Positions 56,226-64,000 of a stretch of DNA of 64,000 bases are shown in pieces. Made by a program: the position numbers and the translations under genes. Source of the DNA: an uncultured Azospirillaceae bacterium (GTDB lineage: Bacteria; Pseudomonadota; Alphaproteobacteria; RF32; CAG-239). How positions within the stretch are numbered: the stretch's first letter is position 1; every line of letters begins with the position of its first letter. The stretch covers positions 2,392 through 66,391 of the forward strand of contig CAYNBB010000004.1 in NCBI GenBank assembly GCA_964395655.1, in the 5' to 3' direction. Under the pieces are notes generated by a model. The model saw only the letters and a list, made by a program, of their open reading frames with translations, ran no database searches and was not told the DNA's origin.

Positions 56226-56969
56226 TTACATTGAAAAGTCGTCGCCGAGATAGACTTTGCGGACTTCTTTGTTGGCGACGATTTCGGCGGGAGAGCCTTC
56301 CATCAAAACGGTACCGCCGTGCAAAATATAGGCGCGGTCAGTAATATCGAGCGTTTCGCGAACGTTGTGGTCGGTTATGAGAACGCCGAGGCCGCGGTGT
56401 TTGAGTTGCGAAACCAGGTTGCGTATTTCACCGACGGCAATCGGATCGATGCCGGCCAGGGGTTCGTCCAACAGAATATAATGCGGCTGACTTGCCAAAG
56501 CCCGCGCGATTTCCAGACGGCGCCGCTCGCCGCCGGATAAGGCGATAGCCGGACTTTTGCGCAGATGGGATATTGAAAATTCGCTTAAAAGCTCTTCCAG
56601 CATGTCTTCGCGTCTGCTTTCGTCATCAATGACGATTTCCAGGATCGCTTTAATGTTGTCTTCAACGCTCAGCGAGCGAAAAATCGAAGCTTCCTGCGGC
56701 AAGTAGCCGATGCCGAGACGGGCGCGGCGATACATGGGCAGATCGGTAATGTCCTGACCGTCAATGTGAACATCGCCGTAATCGGGCGTAATCAGGCCGG
56801 TAACGCAGTAAAAACAGGTGGTCTTGCCGGCACCGTTCGGGCCGAGCAGGCCGACGGCTTCCCCGCGGCGAACATTGAGCGAAACATTGCGCAGCACCGG
56901 CCGGTTTTTATATTTTTTGCCTATGTTGAAGATTTCGAGCTTGGACTGTGGAGAAAAACTTGTTGTCAT
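56226..56969 (-). CDS. lptB: LPS export ABC transporter ATPase LptB
   Basis: 247 aa. Has Walker A GPNGAGKTT, signature LSGGERRR, and Walker B ILLDEP. Confidence 0.95.
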   Translation of the reverse strand: MTTSFSPQSKLEIFNIGKKYKNRPVLRNVSLNVRRGEAVGLLGPNGAGKTTCFYCVTGLITPDYGDVHIDGQDITDLPMYRRARLGIGYLPQEASIFRSLSVEDNIKAILEIVIDDESRREDMLEELLSEFSISHLRKSPAIALSGGERRRLEIARALASQPHYILLDEPLAGIDPIAVGEIRNLVSQLKHRGLGVLITDHNVRETLDITDRAYILHGGTVLMEGSPAEIVANKEVRKVYLGDDFSM

Positions 56970-56972
56970 GGA

Positions 56973-57740
56973 TTATTTCTTTTCCTTAAAGACGCCTTTA
57001 ACGCGGTTTTTGGGCGAGCCAGACAGCAATTTGCTGATACCGGTGTTGATGTTGGTTTCGGCTTTGTCTCCGTGCAGGACATTGCCGTCTTGGTTAATGC
57101 TGACGTTGTCTGACAGTCGGATAAGCCCGTCCTGCGGCAGATAAGTCCCCTTGTCGGCGGTAACGGTCGCATCTTTTGTGACAATTTTGACGTTTCCGAA
57201 AATGTCGACTTTTTGCAGGGTCAGGTTTTGAGTTTTATCATTTTCCTTAACAAAATAAGCAATCATTTTGTCGGAATACAGCTTGTTTTGTTTCTTGTCG
57301 ACGGCCATAACTTTTCCGAGGGCAATCGCTTTTTGCAGTTTCGGATAGTAGGTGATGCTGTCTTCGGCAGTAATGGTTTCGTTTCCGGTGTCGATTTTGG
57401 CCGGTTTGCCGATTAGGACGGCTTCGTCTTTCAGCAGATCATAATCCAGGTTGTCGCCGAAAGCCTGAGCCTTGGCGCTTGACATGCGGACGCGGCCAGC
57501 CGCGGTAACGCGGGTAATGCTGTTTTTGGCGCCGTTTTTGCCGCCATCATAGTAGCCGGTGAGCGTGTCGGCTTTGACGCTCATGTCGTCTTTGGAGGCG
57601 ACGGCGTTTCCGGCGGCAACCATTTTCTGAGATTTCTGATGCCATTCAACGCGTTGTTCGGCAGTGATGTCGATGTCCGAGGCGGACGCGGCGGCAACGG
57701 CGGACAAAGCGGCAAGAAAGGTAAGATAAGCCAGTTTCAT
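56973..57740 (-). CDS. lptA: Periplasmic LPS-transport protein LptA (OstA-like), long form
   Basis: 255 aa with a signal peptide. Repeated OstA-type beta-jellyroll strands are visible. It sits between lptC and lptB. Confidence 0.8.
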   Translation of the reverse strand: MKLAYLTFLAALSAVAAASASDIDITAEQRVEWHQKSQKMVAAGNAVASKDDMSVKADTLTGYYDGGKNGAKNSITRVTAAGRVRMSSAKAQAFGDNLDYDLLKDEAVLIGKPAKIDTGNETITAEDSITYYPKLQKAIALGKVMAVDKKQNKLYSDKMIAYFVKENDKTQNLTLQKVDIFGNVKIVTKDATVTADKGTYLPQDGLIRLSDNVSINQDGNVLHGDKAETNINTGISKLLSGSPKNRVKGVFKEKK

Positions 57741-58414
57741 CAGTTTTTCCTTTGCAGACTTTCTTCTTTTATGGTCATTTCGGTATGGCCGGTAAAAGCT
57801 AAGATAGAATCGGAGTTGAGTATTTCAAACCCCTGAGATGACAAATTTCCGAGAAAACCCTCCGCGGTTACCGGCTTGTTTCCATAGCCGCGGGTCTCTT
57901 CAAAGTTGTAAAAGGCTTCGCTGGTTTTGACGGTCATTCCTTCGCTGTAAAAGAGCTCAACATTGTCACGAAGTTCAAAAATTCCGGTCGTTTGGTCATA
58001 ATAGCCGACCGGCGCTTTGATGTTGGTCCAGGTTGTCGGGGAGGAAGGAAGCATGCCTTCGGGATTAATAAATTTGACCAGTTTGGAACCGGGTTCGGTT
58101 TCGTCAATGTTGTCGGCAATGAAATTATTGACGCGGTTGTTCTTATCGGTGATGTAAAAGACGGTGTTTTCGACATGAAGTTTTTCGAGTTCGCCTTGTT
58201 TGGGATGAGTAATGTCAAGGCGGATATCGCGAATGTCTTTTTTGAGGCTCGGAAGCACCAGCAGGACGCCGATCAAAACAGCCGCAATGCTCGGCAAAAG
58301 AAGTTTTGCGGCATGTACGAAACGCGAATGACGGCTGCGTCTGTCTTCCGGCCGGTCTTTCGGCTGTTCCGAATCGGCGTTGAAATACGCGTCTATGTCT
58401 TTTATGTCCACCAT
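57740..58414 (-). CDS. lptC: LPS export system protein LptC
   Basis: 224 aa. A single N-terminal TM helix is followed by a beta-rich periplasmic domain. The call rests on position and architecture. 1-nt overlap with lptA. Confidence 0.72.
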   Translation of the reverse strand: MVDIKDIDAYFNADSEQPKDRPEDRRSRHSRFVHAAKLLLPSIAAVLIGVLLVLPSLKKDIRDIRLDITHPKQGELEKLHVENTVFYITDKNNRVNNFIADNIDETEPGSKLVKFINPEGMLPSSPTTWTNIKAPVGYYDQTTGIFELRDNVELFYSEGMTVKTSEAFYNFEETRGYGNKPVTAEGFLGNLSSQGFEILNSDSILAFTGHTEMTIKEESLQRKN

Positions 58415-58421
58415 CTGACGA

Positions 58422-59390
58422 TTAGGCTACACCGATACGCAGACAGTCATGAATATGAATAATGCCGATCGGCTTATCGTCTTGCGTAACAAACAACTGG
58501 GTAATGCCTTTGCCGGTATTGTTCATGATTTTGAGCGCTTCGGCGGCCAGAATGTCGGGGGTGATGACCTTGGGGCTGCGCGTCATGACGTCGGCGGCTT
58601 TGCGGTTCAGAATGTCGGAAGACATGCAACGGCGGAGGTCGCCGTCGGTAATGATACCGATCAGGTTGCCGTCGTTATTGACAATGCCGACGCAGCCGAG
58701 CATTTTGGAACTCATGGTAAGCATGGCTTCCTGCATGGAAGCATCTTCTTTGATTAGCGGAATTTCGTCTCCCGTATGCATGAGATCGGACACTTTTTGG
58801 AGAATGGCTCCGAGTTTACCGCCGGGGTGGCGTTTTTTGTAGTCAATCTGCGAAAAGCCTTTGCGTTCCATCAGGCAAACGGCCAGAACATCGCCCAAAA
58901 CCAGCGTTGCAGTGGTTGATGAGGTCGGCGCCAGGCCGAGCGGGCAGGCCTCGCCGTTGTCAGGCAGGCGGAGCAGAATGTCTCCGGCTTTGCCGAGAGA
59001 ACTGTCGGGATTTTTGGTCATGGCAATCAACGGGATGCCGTAGCGTTTGCAATAAACCAGAATATCGGACAATTCGCGCGATTCACCGCCATTGGATATT
59101 GCAAGGACAACGTCTTTTTCGGTAAACATGCCGAGATCGCCATGGCTGGCTTCGGCAGGATGAACAAAAAACGAAGGCGTGCCGGTGGAGGCTAAGGTGG
59201 CAGCGATTTTACGTCCGATGTGGCCGGATTTTCCCATACCGGTAACAAGAACGCGTCCCTGCGTGTTTTGCATGAGGTCAAGAGCCTGAGACAGTGAATC
59301 GTCCAGCTCGTTTTCCATGACCCGAAGCGCGTCAACTTCGCGGTCTATGGTTCTTTTGGCGCATACGATATCATTATTGGAAGCAGTCAT
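58422..59390 (-). CDS. kdsD: Arabinose-5-phosphate isomerase KdsD (SIS + CBS pair)
   Basis: 322 aa. Contains GRVLVTGMGKSGHIGRKIAATLASTGTPSFFVHPAEASHGDLG and a C-terminal CBS pair. Confidence 0.92.
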   Translation of the reverse strand: MTASNNDIVCAKRTIDREVDALRVMENELDDSLSQALDLMQNTQGRVLVTGMGKSGHIGRKIAATLASTGTPSFFVHPAEASHGDLGMFTEKDVVLAISNGGESRELSDILVYCKRYGIPLIAMTKNPDSSLGKAGDILLRLPDNGEACPLGLAPTSSTTATLVLGDVLAVCLMERKGFSQIDYKKRHPGGKLGAILQKVSDLMHTGDEIPLIKEDASMQEAMLTMSSKMLGCVGIVNNDGNLIGIITDGDLRRCMSSDILNRKAADVMTRSPKVITPDILAAEALKIMNNTGKGITQLFVTQDDKPIGIIHIHDCLRIGVA

Positions 59391-59735
59391 AATCTTTCCT
59401 CGACTTTAAAAGTTACTCAATGTCTTTGAAAATATTATTTTCCGTCGGGAAAGGCAAGGATTATTTGTCTGTTATGCAAGAATTATGCCGCTTTTCATTC
59501 CCTGCGAAAGTTTTGAACGAGGCGTATTTTGCCGGATATGCCTGCCTGATGAGGCTGAAAACAGGAAGAATTTTAATTTGCAATATTGCCCTTTGTCAAA
59601 CTTGTTTGGACTTAAATAGACTCAAAAATGCCGCTTCTTTTGCCGCGGAGACAGAGTCTAATCAGAGGGTTAGAGGCACGTGCTCCGGATGATAGAAACT
59701 TTTTTGGACTCAAAAACTTTTTTTGTAAAAAATGG

Positions 59736-59764
59736 TTGACTTGACGGGCAGATGAATCTAGTAT
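59736..59764 (+). promoter_or_regulatory. Candidate sigma-70 promoter of the str operon (TTGACT-17-TAGTAT) with an A/T-rich UP-like region
   Basis: Canonical spacing, about 100 nt upstream of rpsL. It is preceded by caaaaactttttttgtaaaaaa. Confidence 0.5.
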
Positions 59765-59865
59765 GCCGAGACTCAATAAAGAAAGAGCAAGGCTTTTTCA
59801 TGTCTTGTGCACGGCTTTTGAGAGTGAATTTTAACAATAATTTTAATACTTTAAGGAAATTTGTG

Positions 59866-60237
59866 ATGCCTACAATTAATCAGTTAATTCGTAAATCACG
59901 AACACCAAAAGTGAAGAGAAACAAAGTTCCGGCTTTGAAAGCTTGCCCACAAAAACGCGGTGTTTGTACAAGGGTTTATACGACAACCCCGAAAAAACCT
60001 AACTCCGCTTTGCGTAAAGTGGCTCGCGTTCGTCTGACAAACGGCTTTGAAGTAATCAGTTATATCCCTGGTGAAGGTCACAATCTTCAAGAACACTCAG
60101 TGGTACTGATTAGAGGCGGCCGTGTAAAAGACTTACCTGGTGTTCGTTATCATATCATTCGTGGTACCTTGGATACTCAAGGTGTATCTAAACGTCGTCA
60201 ACGTCGTTCTTTGTACGGCGCCAAGAGACCGAAATAA
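59866..60237 (+). CDS. rpsL: 30S ribosomal protein S12
   Basis: [10 protein letters not shown]...[16 protein letters not shown]. 123 aa from the ATG at 59866 with AAGGAAA RBS. Confidence 0.98.
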   Translation: MPTINQLIRKSRTPKVKRNKVPALKACPQKRGVCTRVYTTTPKKPNSALRKVARVRLTNGFEVISYIPGEGHNLQEHSVVLIRGGRVKDLPGVRYHIIRGTLDTQGVSKRRQRRSLYGAKRPK

Positions 60238-60249
60238 GGAGTATAGAAG

Positions 60250-60720
60250 ATGTCACGTCGTCATACAGCTGAAAAAAGAATCGTACTGCCCGACGCCAAG
60301 TTCGGCGATAAGGTAGTCGCTAAATTTATTAACAACGTAATGGAGCATGGTAAGAAAGCCGTAGCCGAGAAGATCGTCTATTCCGCTTTTGACATCATTG
60401 CAGCCAAATCGAAACAGGATGCTTTGAAGATTTTTGCCGAAGCCATCGAAAATGTCAAACCTTTGGTTGAGGTTAAGTCCCGCCGCGTCGGCGGTGCGAC
60501 GTACCAGGTACCGATGGAAGTCCGTCCGGACCGTCGTCAGGCCTTGGCTATCCGCTGGATCATTGATGCAGCCAAAAAACGTTCGGAAACCACAATGACG
60601 GAAAAACTTGCCAACGAACTGTTGGATGCCGTCGCCAATAAAGGTTCCGCCGTTAAAAAACGTGAGGATACTCATAGAATGGCCGAAGCCAACAAGGCTT
60701 TCTCCCATTATAAATTTTAA
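60250..60720 (+). CDS. rpsG: 30S ribosomal protein S7
   Basis: 156 aa. Contains [10 protein letters not shown] and [14 protein letters not shown]. Confidence 0.98.
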   Translation: MSRRHTAEKRIVLPDAKFGDKVVAKFINNVMEHGKKAVAEKIVYSAFDIIAAKSKQDALKIFAEAIENVKPLVEVKSRRVGGATYQVPMEVRPDRRQALAIRWIIDAAKKRSETTMTEKLANELLDAVANKGSAVKKREDTHRMAEANKAFSHYKF

Positions 60721-60743
60721 CCGATACAGTATAGGAAAATACA

Positions 60744-62819
60744 ATGGCTCGTACACATAAATTGGAAATGTATAGAAACATCGGTATTATGGCGCACATT
60801 GATGCCGGTAAAACGACTACCAGTGAGCGCATCCTGTACTATACCGGCCAAACCCATAAAATCGGCGAAGTTCATGAGGGCGCTGCCACCATGGACTGGA
60901 TGGAACAGGAGCAGGAACGCGGCATTACCATTACGTCCGCGGCGACGACCTGTTTCTGGAAAGGCTACAGAATTAACCTGATCGATACGCCGGGTCACGT
61001 TGACTTCACTGTCGAGGTTGAGCGTTCGCTGCGCGTATTGGACGGTGCGATTACCGTGTTTGATTCGGTTGCCGGCGTTGAACCGCAATCCGAAACCGTC
61101 TGGAGACAGGCCGACAAATACGGCGTGCCGAGAATCTGCTTCTGCAACAAGATGGATCGTATCGGAGCCAACTTCTATCGTTGTCTGGATATGATCGTTG
61201 ATCGTCTGGGGGCAAAGCCTTTGGCCATGCAGTTGCCGATCGGTGCCGAATCCGAGTTTCGCGGCGTTGTTGACCTGCTCAACATGAACGCTATCGTCTA
61301 TACGGGCGATACGGCTGATTCTCCGATTGAAATTCAGGAAATCCCGGCGGATTTGAAAGATAAGGCCGAAGAATATCATCATCAGCTGGTCGAGTTGGCC
61401 GTTGAAGAAGACGAGCAGGCCATGGAAGATTATCTGGAAGGCAAAGAAGTTTCCACCGAAACTCTGAAGAAATGTATCCGCAAGGGTACCATTGCTCAGC
61501 ATTTCGTTCCGGTCTTCTGCGGTACTGCTTTCAAGAATAAAGGTGTTCAGCCTTTGCTTGACGCGGTTATTGACTATTTGCCGTCGCCTTTGGATATTCC
61601 CGCCGTTACGGGCATTAATCCCAATACGGATGCCGAAGAAGTTCGCAAGCCTGCGGATGAACAGCCTTTGGCTGCTCTGGCTTTCAAGATCATGAACGAC
61701 CCGTTTGTCGGTTCGCTCACGTTTACCCGTATTTATTCGGGTACCATGACAGCCGGTTCTTATATTTACAACTCGGTTAAGGACAAAAAAGAACGCGTCG
61801 GCCGCATGTTGTTGATGCATTCGAACAAACGTGAGGATTTGAAAGAAGCGCATGCCGGCGATATTATCGCTCTGGCCGGTCTGAAAGATACGACTACGGG
61901 TGATACGCTGTGCGACGCATCCAAGCCGATTGTTCTGGAAAACATGGTTTTCCCTGAGCCGGTTATTGAGTTGGCGGTTGAGCCGAAGACAAAAGCCGAC
62001 GTTGAGAAAATGGGGTTGGCTTTGTCCCGTCTGGCGATGGAAGACCCATCTTTCAAGGTATCTTCGGATCCGGACAGCGGCCAAACCATCATTAAAGGCA
62101 TGGGCGAATTGCATTTGGATATTATCGTCGATCGTCTGAAACGTGAATTCAAAGTCGAATGCAATGTCGGCGAACCGCAGGTAGCTTATCGCGAAACCAT
62201 TACCAAGTCTTGTGACATTGAGTATACGCATAAGAAACAGTCCGGTGGTGCCGGTCAGTTTGCTAAGGTCAAAATCAAATTTGAACCGATTGAAGGCTAT
62301 ACCGGGTTTGAGTTTGAGAACAGCGTTGTCGGCGGTAACGTTCCCAAGGAATATATTCCCGGTGTTGAAAAAGGATTGCGTACGGCTATGGATGCCGGTG
62401 TTATTGCAGGGTATCCCGTTACCGGTGTTAAATGCAATCTTTATGACGGTGCTTATCATGAAGTCGACTCTAACGTTATGTGCTTTGAGATTGCTGCCCG
62501 TGCAGCATTCAGAGAAGGTATGCGTCAGGCGTCTCCGAAACTGTTGGAACCGATTATGAAGGTTGAGGTTGTCACTCCTGAGGAATATATGGGCGATATT
62601 ATCGGCGATTTGAACTCTCGCCGCGGCTTGGTCAACGGTATGGATCAGCGTGCCAATGCCCGTGTTATCGACGCGCATGTTCCGTTAGCCAATATGTTCG
62701 GCTATGTCAACACGTTGCGTTCGTTGTCTCAGGGACGCGCCCAGTTTTCGATGGTCTTCGATCATTATGCCGAAGTACCGAAGGATGTGGCTGACAAGGT
62801 AAAAGCCAAAAATTCATAG
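60744..62819 (+). CDS. fusA: Elongation factor G
   Basis: 691 aa. Contains [20 protein letters not shown] and DTPGHVDF. All five EF-G domains are recognisable. Confidence 0.98.
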   Translation: MARTHKLEMYRNIGIMAHIDAGKTTTSERILYYTGQTHKIGEVHEGAATMDWMEQEQERGITITSAATTCFWKGYRINLIDTPGHVDFTVEVERSLRVLDGAITVFDSVAGVEPQSETVWRQADKYGVPRICFCNKMDRIGANFYRCLDMIVDRLGAKPLAMQLPIGAESEFRGVVDLLNMNAIVYTGDTADSPIEIQEIPADLKDKAEEYHHQLVELAVEEDEQAMEDYLEGKEVSTETLKKCIRKGTIAQHFVPVFCGTAFKNKGVQPLLDAVIDYLPSPLDIPAVTGINPNTDAEEVRKPADEQPLAALAFKIMNDPFVGSLTFTRIYSGTMTAGSYIYNSVKDKKERVGRMLLMHSNKREDLKEAHAGDIIALAGLKDTTTGDTLCDASKPIVLENMVFPEPVIELAVEPKTKADVEKMGLALSRLAMEDPSFKVSSDPDSGQTIIKGMGELHLDIIVDRLKREFKVECNVGEPQVAYRETITKSCDIEYTHKKQSGGAGQFAKVKIKFEPIEGYTGFEFENSVVGGNVPKEYIPGVEKGLRTAMDAGVIAGYPVTGVKCNLYDGAYHEVDSNVMCFEIAARAAFREGMRQASPKLLEPIMKVEVVTPEEYMGDIIGDLNSRRGLVNGMDQRANARVIDAHVPLANMFGYVNTLRSLSQGRAQFSMVFDHYAEVPKDVADKVKAKNS

Positions 62820-62841
62820 GATTTCCGTTTTATAGGGCATC

Positions 62842-62920
62842 TAGGGCGGTTTGGTTCAGTTCGAAAAATTCATGTACTTCTTTGTACACTAAAATTTTTC
62901 TCACTTTCCAAATCACCCTG
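62842..62920. repeat. Long imperfect inverted repeat (~36-nt arms) in the fusA-tuf spacer
   Basis: Arm 1 (62842-62877) and arm 2 (62884-62920) pair over about 28 bp by hand folding. The paired blocks are catgt/acatg, gaaaaatt/aatttttc, ggtttgg/ccaaatc and taggg/ccctg. Confidence 0.6.
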
Positions 62921-62993
62921 TCTGCTCCTCTAAGAGCGAAAATCAGACAAGAAAAATTTTTTTATTAACTAATTTTATTTGGAGTAAATCTAA

Positions 62994-64000
62994 ATGGCAA
63001 AAGAGAAGTTTGAGCGGAATAAGCCGCACTGCAACATCGGGACGATCGGTCACGTAGACCACGGCAAGACGACTTTGACGGCAGCAATCACGAAAGTATT
63101 GGCGGAACAGGGCGGTGCAAGTTTCACGGCGTATGACCAGATTGATAAAGCGCCTGAAGAGAAAGCGCGCGGTATCACCATTTCGACGTCGCACGTAGAA
63201 TATGAGACGGCGAATCGTCACTATGCACACGTAGACTGCCCGGGTCACGCGGACTATGTAAAGAACATGATTACCGGAGCGGCCCAGATGGACGGCGGTA
63301 TTCTGGTCGTAAGCGCAGCCGACGGTCCGATGCCGCAGACGCGCGAGCACATTCTTTTGGCTCGTCAGGTCGGCGTACCGGCTCTGGTTGTCTTCATGAA
63401 CAAATGCGATCAGGTAGACGATCCCGAATTGCTGGAACTCGTAGAAATGGAAATCCGTGATCTGTTGAGTTCTTATGACTTCCCCGGAGACGAAATTCCG
63501 ATTATCAAAGGATCAGCATTGGTAGCGTTGGAAGACGGGGATCCGAAACTTGGCAAAGAAGCGATTTTGTCTTTGATGGAAGCTGTAGACAGCTACATTC
63601 CGCAGCCTGAACGCCCGAAAGATCAGCCGTTCCTGATGCCGATTGAAGACGTATTCTCGATTTCCGGTCGCGGTACGGTGGTAACCGGTCGTGTAGAACG
63701 CGGCGTATTGAAGGTTGGCGACGAAATCGAGATCGTCGGCATCAAACCGACCCAGAAGACGACCTGTACCGGTATCGAAATGTTCCGTAAGCTTCTTGAC
63801 AGCGGCGAAGCCGGCGACAACATCGGCGTATTGCTGCGCGGAACGAAGAGAGAAGAAGTTGAGCGTGGTCAGGTTCTGGCAGCCCCTGGAACGATTACCC
63901 CGCATACGGATTTCAGCTGCGAATGCTATATTCTGACGAAAGAAGAAGGCGGTCGTCATACGCCGTTCTTCAGCAACTATCGTCCTCAGTTCTACTTCCG
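62994..64000 (+). CDS. tuf: Elongation factor Tu (3'-truncated by the window end)
   Basis: It is absent from the ORF track because no stop codon lies in the window. My translation is [32 protein letters not shown]...[21 protein letters not shown]... Confidence 0.97.
   Translation, partial: MAKEKFERNKPHCNIGTIGHVDHGKTTLTAAITKVLAEQGGASFTAYDQIDKAPEEKARGITISTSHVEYETANRHYAHVDCPGHADYVKNMITGAAQMDGGILVVSAADGPMPQTREHILLARQVGVPALVVFMNKCDQVDDPELLELVEMEIRDLLSSYDFPGDEIPIIKGSALVALEDGDPKLGKEAILSLMEAVDSYIPQPERPKDQPFLMPIEDVFSISGRGTVVTGRVERGVLKVGDEIEIVGIKPTQKTTCTGIEMFRKLLDSGEAGDNIGVLLRGTKREEVERGQVLAAPGTITPHTDFSCECYILTKEEGGRHTPFFSNYRPQFYF

Noticed and set aside
59420-59692. 90-aa ORF in the kdsD-rpsL spacer
   Set aside because: It has no RBS and a Cys/Leu-rich, implausible sequence with no motif. 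I treat the region as non-coding; see the finding on this spacer.
60717-62678. 653-aa ORF antisense to fusA
   Set aside because: It lies entirely inside the unambiguous EF-G gene on the opposite strand. The translation is low-complexity (rich in R, F, N, I) with no motif and no RBS. It is a typical stop-poor antisense frame of a highly expressed, codon-biased gene.

Overview
The window looks like core chromosome of a flagellated alphaproteobacterium. The support is gene order: trmB-metK-XRE-lnt-corC-ybeY-phoH-miaB, kdsD-lptCAB-rpoN-hpf-ptsN, lptFG-lptD-surA-rsmA, a long-linker FtsZ and a Mic60-like gene. About 70 protein genes are tightly packed, many with 1-20 nt overlaps. There are two tRNAs, Gly-GCC and Ser-CGA, and no rRNA, CRISPR array, transposase or phage gene. 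Recognisable blocks are htpG and groES-groEL; a reduced dcw cluster (mraY-ftsW-murG-murB-ftsQAZ) next to flhB-like/flgB-flgC-fliE; tRNA-modification and SAM-cycle genes; yggT-DUF167-folD; xerD; aroK; tsaD-nth; the LPS-transport genes; a three-gene HydC/HydB/HydA [FeFe]-hydrogenase operon; and the start of the str operon (rpsL-rpsG-fusA-tuf, with tuf cut by the window end). I found no clearly novel multi-gene system. The items most worth a second look are listed here.
- The hydrogenase, whose NuoF-like subunit lacks the usual C-terminal ferredoxin module.
- A visibly AT-rich GNAT + short-form ahcY islet bracketed by a repeat.
- An ~81-nt element present twice, 43 kb apart.
- A BacNav-type channel with a TLDGWAS filter and no C-terminal tail.
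- A Mic60-like gene without the usual heme-gene neighbours.
- A shared promoter-like motif in front of htpG and groES.
- Several lineage-specific orphan genes: a PPC-like protein, a TerB + acidic partner pair, and an internally duplicated 175-aa protein.
All calls come from reading the sequence and ORF translations by eye. No database search was run.
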